Notes under the pieces: model-generated
Told to the model about the DNA's origin: nothing
The model's database searches: none
The model's input: the letters and a program-made list of their open reading frames with translations, nothing else
NCBI GenBank assembly: GCA_965202665.1
Contig: OZ241841.1
Location: 352,001-416,000 of the forward strand
Length of the DNA stretch: 64,000 nt
DNA from: Candidatus Spongiisociaceae bacterium
Lineage (GTDB): Bacteria; Actinomycetota; Acidimicrobiia; Spongiisociales; Spongiisociaceae
Direction of reading: 5' to 3'
Shown here: one piece after another, positions 1-10,035 of the stretch
Layout: every line of letters starts with the position of its first letter
How positions within the stretch are numbered: the stretch's first letter is position 1
Program-made: the position numbers and the translations under genes

Positions 1-1461
1 GATCCAGGACAGGCTGCGGGGCTCGCAGGTGGGAATCTCGCGGCTGGGCATGGTCCCCTGCGCGAAAGATCCTCCGAAGGTCTGATCCACCCCCGGAATA
101 ACCGCCACCGTCGTCAACCCCAAAGCCCCATCCGGGCCGGCCACCAACTGCCGAACGTAGGAGTCGACGATGGCCTGCCGGTTGGAATCCAAGGAGATAG
201 GCCCGTAGGGACCGTCCACTGTCAAACCGGACAAAGCCGCCTGCAAGGCCTGATGGTCATCGGAGATATCCCCGCCCACCTCCTCCAAAGCCTGAATAAG
301 GGCTTTGGCGGCCACGAAGTAGTTGACCAGGAACCCGGAGTGGGCTTGCGCCCCCGGAGGAGCCGGATCGCCGCCCGGACCCTGGAAATCATCGTAATGC
401 CGGTCGATAATAGCCGTATGCTCGCCCACCGACGGAATGTCCAAATCGGCGGCGGTGCCGAAACCGCCCACATAGGCCCCTTCCATGCTGGGATCCATGG
501 CCCCGGCCGCGAACTCCCAGAACAGGTTACCCATATGCTGCTCCGGGTTGAGGTCGCCTTTGGCGTCTTCGAAGGCTTTCAAGGCGGGCAGGGTGCCGGC
601 TCCGCCCACCACCCAGAAGTAGCCGTCCACCTCGTCTGGATCGGGCAACTGGGCGGCGAAAGTGGAATAATCGGTGGTGTTCAAAGGCGGGAAAACCCGC
701 GATGTCACATCACCGCCCGCCGCGCAGAATTCAGCGATGAAACCGGCGGCCGACGTCCAGCCGAAGCTGTAGTCGTCCATTATCACCGCCGCCGTGTCCC
801 AGCCGAGGACGTTTTTGGCGTAGTCGCCGGTGCCGGCGTTCCACTGCGCCCCATCCCCGTTGAAACGGAAGAAGTTGGGGGCCTGCACCTCCAAGGTGGT
901 GTCCATGGCGCCCGCCGTGCCGTTCACGAAAGTCTGCGTGGGATGATCTTTGGCGTAGTTGGCCACCGCAATCGACTCGTCGCCGGAAAGCGGGCCGATC
1001 ATAATGTCGGCGCCCAGCTGCTCCATCAGGCGGCGGGTTTCCTCAATGGCTTTGTCGGCCGTGTCATCGGCGCATCCGATTCCGACCAACTCCACCGGCA
1101 CTCCCGCCACCGACGCCCCGGTGAACCCGTCCGTAGGCTTGTTCGGGTTGGTAATGGTCGCTCCCGCAAACTCGGCGAAAGCGGCCCCCACTCCGGCTAC
1201 GTCCTGTTCATGGAACCCGCCGAAAGCCCCTTCGCAGTCCGACAGGATGGCCAGGTTTATAACCTCGGTTCCCATCATGGAAGCTTCGGTGGTGGTCGTC
1301 GCCTCCGCGGCTGCGGTAGTGGTAGCCGCTTGGGTGGTGGTGGGGGCGGCGGTGGTGGTGGTCTCCTCCGCGCTGTCCCCGCCGCAGGCGGCGGCCGCTA
1401 AAGCCAAAGCGGCCAGCAAGCCCAGGGCCTTCCCGGTCCGCGTTCTCAATAAGTTGTGCAC
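1..1461 (-). CDS. Branched-chain amino acid-type ABC transporter substrate-binding lipoprotein (3' end outside window)
   Basis: Read manually from GTG at 1461 after a GGAGG RBS: VHNLLRTRTGKALGLLAALALAAAAC (lipobox), Thr/Ala-rich linker, then IGPLSGDESIAVANY...PNFFRF...DYSFG, typical of LivJ-like periplasmic binding proteins. Follows two Liv permeases. Confidence 0.85.
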   Translation of the reverse strand, partial: MHNLLRTRTGKALGLLAALALAAAACGGDSAEETTTTAAPTTTQAATTTAAAEATTTTEASMMGTEVINLAILSDCEGAFGGFHEQDVAGVGAAFAEFAGATITNPNKPTDGFTGASVAGVPVELVGIGCADDTADKAIEETRRLMEQLGADIMIGPLSGDESIAVANYAKDHPTQTFVNGTAGAMDTTLEVQAPNFFRFNGDGAQWNAGTGDYAKNVLGWDTAAVIMDDYSFGWTSAAGFIAEFCAAGGDVTSRVFPPLNTTDYSTFAAQLPDPDEVDGYFWVVGGAGTLPALKAFEDAKGDLNPEQHMGNLFWEFAAGAMDPSMEGAYVGGFGTAADLDIPSVGEHTAIIDRHYDDFQGPGGDPAPPGAQAHSGFLVNYFVAAKALIQALEEVGGDISDDHQALQAALSGLTVDGPYGPISLDSNRQAIVDSYVRQLVAGPDGALGLTTVAVIPGVDQTFGGSFAQGTMPSREIPTCEPRSLSWI

Positions 1462-1472
1462 TTTCCCTCCTC

Positions 1473-2576
1473 TCAACCGGTTACCCCGGTTTTTTTCTCT
1501 GCCTCCCCGGCCGGTGGGCCGGGGCTTTCTTTATCGGAAGCCGGGCGCAACAGACGTTTGACTCGTCCGCCGACGCCCGCTCCAAAACCTATAAGGCCAT
1601 TGGGCGAGGCTAAAACGATTATCAGAAAAATCAACCCGACCAACGTGTTGAAACGATCCTCGGTGAGGCCGATGCGGTCCACCAACGGCACCGACCGCAC
1701 GTAGTTGTTGACCACCACGTAGATGAAAGCTCCCAGCCACGCCCCTTCCAGCCGGTTCATCCCGCCGATGACGGCCACGATCAGCAAAGCCAAAATCTCC
1801 CCCACCCCGATGGAAGCCGGGTCGATCTGCCGGTTCCACCATACGTTGAGAACCCCGGCCAGGGAAGCCACGAAAGCCCCCAGCGTGAAAGCCAGCGCCC
1901 GGTGGACGACCAGGTTGTAGCCGAGGGCGCTCATCCGCACCGGGTCGTCCCGCACCCCCTGCAAGGCCAGTCCGAACGGGGTGCGCACCGCGTAGCGCAA
2001 GAGCAGAAAAGAGAAAACGGAAACCAGCAGGGCGGCGTAGTAGAGCCTTTCCGGGAACTGGCCCGGCTCCCCGATCACCCCCGGGGCGACGATCTGGTTG
2101 ATGCCCCCGAACCCGGAGAAGGTGGTCACCTGTCCGAAAAAGTAGAAGCCGATCACCCCGAAAGTCAAAGTGATCATCAGGTAGTAGAGACCTGCGGAGC
2201 GCCCCGCCACCAACCCCAGCAGAAAACCCAGAACGGTGGTGAAAACGATCCCGATCAGCACCCCCAGCCACGGGTTCAAGCCCAGGTTGAGGCCTTTGCT
2301 GCCCCCCTGGGTGACCGCATTCCCGATCGCGAACCCGGCGAACCCGTACATCAGGGTCTGGGCCAGGGAAATCATCCCCCCGTAGGCGGCCAGGAAAATC
2401 AGGCTGGCGGCGGCGATCCCCAGCCACAGGGTTTGGGTGAGGACGAAACTCAAAAAGAATTCGGACGAGTAAGCGGGGGCCAGCAACAGGGCGGCCAGGA
2501 CGGCCAGCAGGGCGATCCGCTCCGGATGCGCCCAGTAGCGGCCGGTGAGGAGGGCGGAACGGGACGGCGTAAACAT
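1473..2576 (-). CDS. Branched-chain amino acid ABC transporter permease (LivM-like)
   Basis: Hydrophobic, with motifs GMISLAQ, YYLMITLTFG, TPFGLALQGVRDD...LGY, VIGG. Confidence 0.9.
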   Translation of the reverse strand: MFTPSRSALLTGRYWAHPERIALLAVLAALLLAPAYSSEFFLSFVLTQTLWLGIAAASLIFLAAYGGMISLAQTLMYGFAGFAIGNAVTQGGSKGLNLGLNPWLGVLIGIVFTTVLGFLLGLVAGRSAGLYYLMITLTFGVIGFYFFGQVTTFSGFGGINQIVAPGVIGEPGQFPERLYYAALLVSVFSFLLLRYAVRTPFGLALQGVRDDPVRMSALGYNLVVHRALAFTLGAFVASLAGVLNVWWNRQIDPASIGVGEILALLIVAVIGGMNRLEGAWLGAFIYVVVNNYVRSVPLVDRIGLTEDRFNTLVGLIFLIIVLASPNGLIGFGAGVGGRVKRLLRPASDKESPGPPAGEAEKKTGVTG

Positions 2577-3635
2577 TCAGGCGGGCCTCCCGAACAGGCC
2601 GTAGGGGCGCCAAGCGAGCACCGCCGCCAACAGCACGAAAGTGAAAATGATGGAAAAGTTGGTGAAACCGGCCGGCAGGTAGGCGGGGGCGAAGGCGGTC
2701 ACCATTCCCAGCAGGAGCGAACCGGCCATGGCCCCCACCAGCGACCCCATCCCGCCCACGATGACCACGATGATGGAATTGAGCAGCCACTGGCCGTCCA
2801 CCCCCGGGGCCAGGCTGGCGAACGATCCGCCGAGCACCCCCCCGGCTCCGGCCAGGGCGGAACCGACCAGAAAGGCCAAGGCGAACACCACCTGCACGTT
2901 CACCCCCAGGGCCTGCACCATGGCCGTGTCGTCCACCCCGGCCCGGATGATTATCCCGGTGCGGGTTTTGCGCAGCCACAGCCACAGCCCGATCCCCACC
3001 AGGACGGCGGCCAGCAACATGAACAGGCGGGGCACCGAATAGCGGAATTCGCCCCAGTTGATGAAGCGGTCCAGCAAGCCCGGCCATTTGATGTCCACCG
3101 CGATCCCCCCGAAGCGGGCCAGCATCTGGTCGGCCAGAATCACCGAGATGGCGATGGTGATCAGCGTCTCCCGCATGTCCTGCCCTTGGAACCAGCGCAA
3201 AGTTACCTGCTGGGTGACGAGCCCGACCGCCCCGGCCACCACCATGGCCAGCAATACGGGGGCCAGCCAGCCCAGCACCCCCACCGCGGCGGTGGAGTAA
3301 CTGCCGGTCCGCCCCACCATGGCCCGTTGCAACTCCAAGGCGACGTAGCCGCCCAGCAGGAACAGCGACCCGTGGGCCAGGTTCACCACCCGCATCAGGC
3401 CGAAGATGAGGGTGAAGCCGGAGGCCACCACAAAGTACAGCCCGGCGATGGTCAGGGCGTTGAGCAGGGTGGCCAGGAAGTCGCCGTAGTCCCGGGCCAG
3501 CGGTTCGGCCGGGGTGTTGGAGGCGAAAAACAGCACCCAGGCGGCGAACAGGGCCAAAGCCGCCAGGCCCGCCCCCCAGGCGGCGCGCCGGACGGCGGCC
3601 CTCCCGGACCCCCGGGTCAAAGTTCCGACCGCCAA
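2577..3635 (-). CDS. Branched-chain amino acid ABC transporter permease (LivH-like)
   Basis: GFTLIFGLMRVVNLAHG, TRTGIIIRA, IVGGMGS, RPYGLFG motifs. Confidence 0.92.
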   Translation of the reverse strand: MAVGTLTRGSGRAAVRRAAWGAGLAALALFAAWVLFFASNTPAEPLARDYGDFLATLLNALTIAGLYFVVASGFTLIFGLMRVVNLAHGSLFLLGGYVALELQRAMVGRTGSYSTAAVGVLGWLAPVLLAMVVAGAVGLVTQQVTLRWFQGQDMRETLITIAISVILADQMLARFGGIAVDIKWPGLLDRFINWGEFRYSVPRLFMLLAAVLVGIGLWLWLRKTRTGIIIRAGVDDTAMVQALGVNVQVVFALAFLVGSALAGAGGVLGGSFASLAPGVDGQWLLNSIIVVIVGGMGSLVGAMAGSLLLGMVTAFAPAYLPAGFTNFSIIFTFVLLAAVLAWRPYGLFGRPA

Positions 3636-3639
3636 AGGC

Positions 3640-4254
3640 TCAGCCCAGCGCGGCGATCACCGCATCGACGTTGGTGACGGCGGACACGTTCTGCAGGGCG
3701 TAGTTGATGGAGGCGTTGTGCCAGTCGGCGTTCATCGTGGAGCATCCGTCTTCGGGCACCACCATGTGGTAGCCCTTGTCGGCCCCGGTGCGGGCGGTGT
3801 GCTCTATGGACATGTTGGTCCAGGCCCCGGTTACGATCACCGTGTCCCGCCCCAAGCCGGCCAGCATGGATTCCAGGCGGGTGCCCTCCCAGGCGCTCAT
3901 CCGCATCTTTTCGATCACGAAGTCGCCTTCCTGCGGTTCCAGGCCGGCGGCGGGGGCGGCCCCCCACGAGCCGCGCACCAGGCCGTTGGTGTCTTTCACC
4001 CCGTTGAAAAGCGGGGCGTTCAGTTTCAGGCCGGGGGCCCCTTCTTCCACGATGTACCAGACGTGCATCACCGGCGCCCCCAGGCGGCGGCAGGCGTCGG
4101 CCAAGCGGATCACGTTGGCCACCACGTTCTGCTCCCGGGCGTGGCCGGGGGCCCCCGAGTCGGCGAAGGCCCCGCCGTCCACCATCACGTCGTTTTGCAG
4201 GTCCTGGATGATCAGGGCGCACCGGCCCGCGTCCAGCGTTAACGCATCGTTCAT
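3640..4254 (-). CDS. Isochorismatase/cysteine hydrolase family protein
   Basis: ALIIQDLQND, K-R-SAWEGT, TG-WTNMSIEHTAR-G-D-GY. Ser replaces the usual catalytic Cys in the TNxC motif. Confidence 0.85.
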   Translation of the reverse strand: MNDALTLDAGRCALIIQDLQNDVMVDGGAFADSGAPGHAREQNVVANVIRLADACRRLGAPVMHVWYIVEEGAPGLKLNAPLFNGVKDTNGLVRGSWGAAPAAGLEPQEGDFVIEKMRMSAWEGTRLESMLAGLGRDTVIVTGAWTNMSIEHTARTGADKGYHMVVPEDGCSTMNADWHNASINYALQNVSAVTNVDAVIAALG

Positions 4255-4347
4255 AGTCGCTCTCCTCTCCTTAGATATTTGGCTGGTTGTCTTGGCTGGT
4301 TCTAATGGTTTGATTTTTGGCGGCGCGCGGGCCGCCGGGGGCGGGTT

Positions 4348-5265
4348 TCAAGCCCGCATGTAGGGTTCCCGATGGGGCCCGACTTTGGTGCGGAGCTTGT
4401 ACAGGGAAGTGGAGGACGGCATGTAGAGGGTGCGCCAGTCGTTGTCGCCCCAGGTCAGGTTGCCCACGTTTTCGGGCACCTGCACCACTCCCAGGCGAGT
4501 TCCTTCCGGGTCGAACACCCACACCCCGCCCGGCCCGGTAACCCAGATGTTGCCCAACTCATCGCATTTCATCCCGTCCGGAATGCCTTCTTCGATGACG
4601 CCGGAGCCGATGCCGTCGGCGAACCGCCGCCCGTGATGCAAAGTTCCGTCCGGACGCACGTCGTACACGTCGATGAGGGCGTTGGGGGTGTCGTTGATGT
4701 ACATGTGCTTCTCATCGGGCGAGAAGCACAGGCCGTTGGGCTGCTCGTATTTGTCCCGGTCCACCGCCAGTTCCAGCCCTCCCCCGGGGGGGATGCGGTA
4801 GACGGCTTGGAAGCCCAGCTCCCGCTCCCGTTCCAACCCGAACCCCGGCATGCGCCCGTACCAGGGGTCGGAGAAGTAGATGGAGCCGTCGGAGCCGACG
4901 CACACGTCGTTGGGGCTGTTCAACTCTTTGCCTTCGAAATGGGAGGCCAGCACCACCCGGGTTCCGTCGGGCCGTTCCATGATCAGCGAAGACGTGACGT
5001 GCTCGCACACGATCAGGTTCAGGTCGGCGTCGTAGGTCATCCCGTTGCACTTGTTGGACGGGTTGGCCATTTCCATCACCGACCCGTCGGCCGGGTCGTA
5101 TTTGCGGCGGACGTCCCCCGGCATGTCGGAGAACAACAGGTAGCCGTCCTTCGGATGCCAGATGGGCCCTTCCGTGAAAGTGAACCCGGTGGCGGCTTGG
5201 ACCAACTCCTCGTCGGCGTCCACCAGATCGTAAATTTGGTCCGAGTCGGCTTTTATCGCGCTCAT
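4348..5265 (-). CDS. SMP-30/gluconolactonase family protein
   Basis: FTEGPIW, NGMT, NSPND, PNGLCFSPD, PDGMKCD-GN motifs. Confidence 0.93.
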   Translation of the reverse strand: MSAIKADSDQIYDLVDADEELVQAATGFTFTEGPIWHPKDGYLLFSDMPGDVRRKYDPADGSVMEMANPSNKCNGMTYDADLNLIVCEHVTSSLIMERPDGTRVVLASHFEGKELNSPNDVCVGSDGSIYFSDPWYGRMPGFGLERERELGFQAVYRIPPGGGLELAVDRDKYEQPNGLCFSPDEKHMYINDTPNALIDVYDVRPDGTLHHGRRFADGIGSGVIEEGIPDGMKCDELGNIWVTGPGGVWVFDPEGTRLGVVQVPENVGNLTWGDNDWRTLYMPSSTSLYKLRTKVGPHREPYMRA

Positions 5266-5428
5266 CGCTGCAACCTCCCTCCGTCGGCCGAACGGGCCCG
5301 CCGCTTCGCCTCCGAAAAAATTTTCCGGTTGCGACGCGCCTCCGCCGGCTGTTTCGGCTATGTTGTTTCAAACATAGCACCGGTTCGCCCGGCGCGGGCT
5401 GAAAAAGACAATTAGAATTGGGAGCGCC

Positions 5429-6211
5429 ATGGACGTTGATGTTCTGATACCCGAATCGGCGGAGGAGGCCGCGGCCGGCTTCGGAGACGGCGACGGGGTG
5501 ACGGTGATGGCGGGCGGCACCATAGTGATGCAGCTTCTCAACTACCGGAGGGCCCGCCCCCGCCGGGTGCTGATGTTGCACAAGGCGGGCCTGTCCTACG
5601 TCCGCCGCGGCAACGGGTCGCTGGCCATCGGGGCCGCCGCCCCCCTGTCGCAGGTGACGGACGCCCCCGCCCCGCTGGGTCCGTGCGCGGCCAACATCGG
5701 CGATCCGGAAATCCGGGGGCAGGCCACGGTGGGCGGCAACCTGTTCGCCTCCCCCACCCCCGAATTCCCCTGGGGCGACCTGCAGGGGCCGTTGCTGGCT
5801 TTGGGGGCGATGGTGCGTTCCGCCGGGGCGGGCGGGGAGCGCACCGAGCCGGTGGCGGATTTTCTGGCCGGGCGGAAGGGGCGGCTGGCTTTGGAGATAA
5901 CTTTGCAGGAACCGGCGGCGGGGGCTTTCGCCTCCCTGCGCCGCCCGCACACCAAGCATTACACCCCGTTGGCGGTGTCCGGGGCCCGTTCCGCCTCCGG
6001 GGAGATCCGGCTGGCGGCCACCGGGGCCGGGGGCCTGGGCCGCCGGTTGCCCGCGGCGGAGGCGGCCGCCGCCTCCGGCGGGGACGCCGGACGGGCCGCT
6101 TTGGAAGACGCCGAACCGGCCGACGACGCCCTGGCCTCCGCCTGGTACCGGGAGCGGACGTTGCCGGTGCTGGTGGAAAAAGTCGTTTCGCAACTGGAGG
6201 GGCCGTCATGA
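5429..6211 (+). CDS. Xanthine dehydrogenase-family FAD-binding subunit
   Basis: MAGGT, IRGQATVGGN, SAWYR motifs; first gene of the Mo-hydroxylase operon. Confidence 0.88.
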   Translation: MDVDVLIPESAEEAAAGFGDGDGVTVMAGGTIVMQLLNYRRARPRRVLMLHKAGLSYVRRGNGSLAIGAAAPLSQVTDAPAPLGPCAANIGDPEIRGQATVGGNLFASPTPEFPWGDLQGPLLALGAMVRSAGAGGERTEPVADFLAGRKGRLALEITLQEPAAGAFASLRRPHTKHYTPLAVSGARSASGEIRLAATGAGGLGRRLPAAEAAAASGGDAGRAALEDAEPADDALASAWYRERTLPVLVEKVVSQLEGPS

Positions 6212-6717
6212 AAATCACCGTCAACGGGGTCGCCCGGGAAATCTCCTCCGCCCCCCTGGATTCTTTGCTGTCCGTCCTGCGGGAGGAACTGGACGTAACC
6301 AGCGCCAAAGCGGGATGCGAGGCGGGGGGGTGCGGAACCTGCACGGTGCTGATCGACGGGCGCCCGGCCCGTTCCTGCCTGACCCCGGCGGCGATGGCGG
6401 ACGGGGCGGAAATAACCACCGTGGAGGGGCTGGGAACCCCCGACGAGCCGTCCGCCGTGCAGCAGTCGTTCCTCCACCATTACGCCCTGCAGTGCGGGTT
6501 CTGCACCCCGGGGCTGGTGGTGGCGGCCACCGCCTATTTGGACGGGGGCGGCTCCGACGATCCGGCGGCCATCGCCGAAGCCATCGGCGGGCATGTGTGC
6601 CGGTGCACCGGCTACGGCAAAATCGTGGAGGCCATCGCCGCCGCCGCCCGCCAAACTGAATTTGATCTGGAAAGCGCCGCTTTGGACGCCAACACGGTCG
6701 TGAAAACGGGAGGTTGA
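6208..6717 (+). CDS. Xanthine dehydrogenase-family [2Fe-2S] subunit
   Basis: ATG at 6208 overlaps the upstream stop; GCEAGGCGTC, QCGFCTPG, CRCTGY. Confidence 0.93.
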   Translation: MKITVNGVAREISSAPLDSLLSVLREELDVTSAKAGCEAGGCGTCTVLIDGRPARSCLTPAAMADGAEITTVEGLGTPDEPSAVQQSFLHHYALQCGFCTPGLVVAATAYLDGGGSDDPAAIAEAIGGHVCRCTGYGKIVEAIAAAARQTEFDLESAALDANTVVKTGG

Positions 6718-6720
6718 TAA

Positions 6721-8094
6721 ATGTCAGGCAAAGCAGTAGGAGCACGCCTTCCCCGCTACGACGGGATGGGGCATGTGACGGGGACCACCCGGTTCGTGGA
6801 CGATGTGCGGGCGCCCCGCATGCTGTGGGCGAAGATGCTTCGCTCCCCCCATCACCACGCGGCCATCACCGGCTTGGACACCTCGGCGGCGGAAGCCTCC
6901 CCGGGGGTGCGGGCGGTGATCACCTGGCGGGACGTCCCCCATCTGGAATACGGGCATTTGGAGGCCCTGGGCATCCCCGCCGACGAGCCGTTGCTGGCCA
7001 AAGACGAGGTGCGCTACCTGGGGCAGCCGATCGCGTTTGTGGCGGCCGAGGACGAAGACGCCGCCGCCGCCGGGGCGGAGGCGGTGCGGGTGGAATACGA
7101 GGAGCGCCCGGCCGTGTTCGACGTGCGCAAAGCCTTCGACGACGACACCGCCCGCGTCCATCCGTGGGGCAACTGGTATCCCCACTTCGAGGGGGAAATG
7201 GACCGCCGCCAAATCCGCAAAGGGGACTTTGCGCAGGCGGCCGAGCGGGCCGACAAACTTATTTCCGGGGTGTACCGCCCGGCCGCCATCGAGCACGTCC
7301 CGGTGGAAACCCAGGTGTGCCTGACCGTGCCGGAACCGGACGGGCGGCTCACCATCCACTCCTGCACCCAGGCCCTGTATTTTTCCATGGGGGTGGTGGC
7401 CGCCCATCTGCAGGTGCCCCTCAACAAACTGAAGGTGGTGGGGGGCACGGTGGGCGGCGGGTTCGGCGGGAAAGTGGACACCGCCAGCGACACCGTCACC
7501 GCTTTGGCCGCCCAGAAGACGGGTCGGCCGGTGAAATGGCGGTGGACGCGGGAAGAAGAGTTCCTGGTGTCGTCCACCCGCGCCCCCTGGCATATGGAAA
7601 TCATCGACGCGGTGACCGCCGACGGGTGGATTCTGGGGCGGAAGATGCTCACTTTGCACGATTCGGGGGCCTACTCCCGGTTCTCCCCCTACGGGGTGAC
7701 CAAGCACAGTTTCCACCACACCGGGGCCTACACCATCCCCAACCTGCATTTCGACGGTTACGTGGTTTACACCAACCGGGTGCCCACCACCGCCATGCGC
7801 GGGTTCGGGGTGACTTCGGTGTCGTTTGCGGTGGAAACCCATATGAGCCGGGTGGCCCGGGAGCTGGGTTTGGACCCGTATGAAATCCGCCTGAAAAACG
7901 CCAATCGCATCAACGACACCTCCCCCAACCGCATCCGCTACACCGATCCCAGCACGGTGGACGTGGTGAAGTCCATCGCCGAGGCGGAAGGGGTGGAGTT
8001 GGCGCCCGCTTACGCCGGGATGAGCCGGGAGCCGCGGGCGGGGGATCTGCTGCCCGAACATCTGGTTTCGCAAATGAAGACGGAGGGACACTGA
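6721..8094 (+). CDS. Xanthine dehydrogenase-family molybdopterin-binding subunit, N-terminal half
   Basis: VTG...FVDD, LRSPHHHA, VRYLGQPIA, VGGGFGGK, AMRGFG. Confidence 0.9.
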   Translation: MSGKAVGARLPRYDGMGHVTGTTRFVDDVRAPRMLWAKMLRSPHHHAAITGLDTSAAEASPGVRAVITWRDVPHLEYGHLEALGIPADEPLLAKDEVRYLGQPIAFVAAEDEDAAAAGAEAVRVEYEERPAVFDVRKAFDDDTARVHPWGNWYPHFEGEMDRRQIRKGDFAQAAERADKLISGVYRPAAIEHVPVETQVCLTVPEPDGRLTIHSCTQALYFSMGVVAAHLQVPLNKLKVVGGTVGGGFGGKVDTASDTVTALAAQKTGRPVKWRWTREEEFLVSSTRAPWHMEIIDAVTADGWILGRKMLTLHDSGAYSRFSPYGVTKHSFHHTGAYTIPNLHFDGYVVYTNRVPTTAMRGFGVTSVSFAVETHMSRVARELGLDPYEIRLKNANRINDTSPNRIRYTDPSTVDVVKSIAEAEGVELAPAYAGMSREPRAGDLLPEHLVSQMKTEGH

Positions 8095-9194
8095 TGGCCA
8101 AGCACCGGGGAAGCGGGATTTCCGCAATCGAGTATCCGACGGGGATGAACCAGAACGGGGACCCGTCCCAGGCGTGGATCAAGGTCAAGCCCGACGGCCG
8201 GGTGGACGTGTTTTCCGGCACGGCCGACATCGGCAACGGGGCGAAGACCATCCAGGCCCAGATCGTGGCCGATACCGTCGGAGTGCCCTACGACTGGGTC
8301 ACCTTCGACAATTCCAACACCGATTCGTCTCCGGTGTGCACCGGCACTTTCGCTTCCCGGGCCACTTTCGTGGCGGGCAACGCGGTGTTGAAAGCGGCCC
8401 GGCAGGTGCGGGAAAAGTTGCTGGAAATCGCGGGCAAGGAAATGGAGATCAGCCCGGAGGATCTGGAAATAGAGGACGGGCGGGTGACGGTGAAAGGCGA
8501 CCCCGGCTCCTCGATGGACGTGGCGGAGGTGGCGGGGGCGGCCGCTTTCGGACACGGGATTCTGGTGACCGGCACCGGGGCCCAGTTGAACCCTTATGCG
8601 GCCATCACCGACCCGGAAACCGGCGAGGTGGACGGCCCTCCGCACGCCGCCATCTCCTATGCGGCCTGCGCGGCGGAAGTGGAAGTGGACGATGAAACCG
8701 GGCAGGTGACGGTGCTGAAACTCACCCAGTCCTACGATGTGGGCCGGGCCATCAACCCGGCTTTGGTGGAAGGCCAAATCCAGGGCGGGGCGATTATGGG
8801 CTTGGGCCTGGGCGTGCTGGAAAACTCCTATCCTTATTACCCGTCGGTGGATCACCGGGGAAGCCAGTTCGGTTCCTACTACGCCCCCAGCCCGCTGGAC
8901 ATGCCGGAGATGCACACCATCATCATCGAAAACCCGTCGGCGGACGGCCCCTACGGTGCGAAAGGCATCGGCGAGATGGCCAACAACGGCCAGCCGGGGG
9001 CGATAGCGGCGGCGGTGCACGACGCCATAGGAGTGTGGATAACCGAGCTCCCCATAACCCCCGAGTCGGTGTTGCGGGCCCTGGACAAGAAAGCAACCGG
9101 AGAGCACGAACCCCGCCGTGAAGGCAAAATGGTAATCTTCGACGAAGACATCTCCGTAAACACGGTAGCCGCCGGCATCAGCTGGACCCCGTAA
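8094..9194 (+). CDS. Xanthine dehydrogenase-family molybdopterin-binding subunit, C-terminal half
   Basis: DIGNGAKT, GTFASRAT, DVGRAINP..VEGQIQGG, GAKGIGE. Confidence 0.9.
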   Translation: MAKHRGSGISAIEYPTGMNQNGDPSQAWIKVKPDGRVDVFSGTADIGNGAKTIQAQIVADTVGVPYDWVTFDNSNTDSSPVCTGTFASRATFVAGNAVLKAARQVREKLLEIAGKEMEISPEDLEIEDGRVTVKGDPGSSMDVAEVAGAAAFGHGILVTGTGAQLNPYAAITDPETGEVDGPPHAAISYAACAAEVEVDDETGQVTVLKLTQSYDVGRAINPALVEGQIQGGAIMGLGLGVLENSYPYYPSVDHRGSQFGSYYAPSPLDMPEMHTIIIENPSADGPYGAKGIGEMANNGQPGAIAAAVHDAIGVWITELPITPESVLRALDKKATGEHEPRREGKMVIFDEDISVNTVAAGISWTP

Positions 9195-10035
9195 AACCCT
9201 CCTGCCCGATCGCGGAACAGAGCTCCATCATATCCGCAAAAGGAGCAACAGAAAAGTTGACTATTGTACTATAACTAGCCATCTGACGAATCATATTCTG
9301 AACATTCTTTTTATTTAACTTCTCCATTCGCTCATTAAAGAAAGAAAAAATAGTAGCCAAGGCCCTTGGCTCATTCATAACAGCAAGTCTTTTGACTAAT
9401 TCCTCCGCCAATATTTCCCAAACCTGCGAAGGATGAAGCATACTATGGATAGTTTCAAAACTCAAATGCTTTTCGGAGGTATCTGCAATACGACCGGCCA
9501 TTCTTACTCTCCACCACACCCTCGCTAATGGGCAATTTACTAACACGGAAACCTTTCCTCTAACATGCGGCAATCCACCCAAATAACGACAAATATTACG
9601 AGCGGTCCTATCATTGTCATCTTTCTTAACCAATCTACTTGCCCACCCTTCCTCTAACAGTTCTTCCTCTGCCCAAATAATATGCATCGCTGTCCAAAAA
9701 GCGGGACGCATTGCGTCAGCCGCGCTAATAGCACCAAACTCTCCGACTATTTCTCGTTCCAATTCCACCGGGACACATCGAGCCTCATCAACAGTCAGAC
9801 GACGTACAAGCAAAGGTATTTCCTTTGTTGCCTCAAGAATTTCGTTTCTGCTCTTGAAACCCAACTGCTCTCGTAGGTATTCAACCAATGCAGATATACC
9901 CTCACCTGCCGCAATTGCCAGCTCAGCCTGCCTCTGATGGAGTTCCTTGTCGTCACTCTGCTTTCCTTTTTTCACCACCACCCGCTGTTGCCAGGATGCC
10001 ACCGCCTCCTCAAAATTTTTTGTGATCATTATCAT
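9178..10035 (-). CDS. Hypothetical protein with LARVWW motif (possibly DUF6339-like); last gene of the low-GC island
   Basis: 285-aa lower-GC ORF, ATGA-coupled to the upstream gene. Contains RPAFWT and NCPLARVWW. Family resemblance is from memory and unverified. Confidence 0.7.
   Translation of the reverse strand: MIMITKNFEEAVASWQQRVVVKKGKQSDDKELHQRQAELAIAAGEGISALVEYLREQLGFKSRNEILEATKEIPLLVRRLTVDEARCVPVELEREIVGEFGAISAADAMRPAFWTAMHIIWAEEELLEEGWASRLVKKDDNDRTARNICRYLGGLPHVRGKVSVLVNCPLARVWWRVRMAGRIADTSEKHLSFETIHSMLHPSQVWEILAEELVKRLAVMNEPRALATIFSFFNERMEKLNKKNVQNMIRQMASYSTIVNFSVAPFADMMELCSAIGQEGFTGSS

Noticed and set aside
5429-9194. Aerobic CO dehydrogenase (coxMSL)
   Set aside because: The active-site loop is AMRGFG, not the form I AYxCSFR, and the large subunit is split
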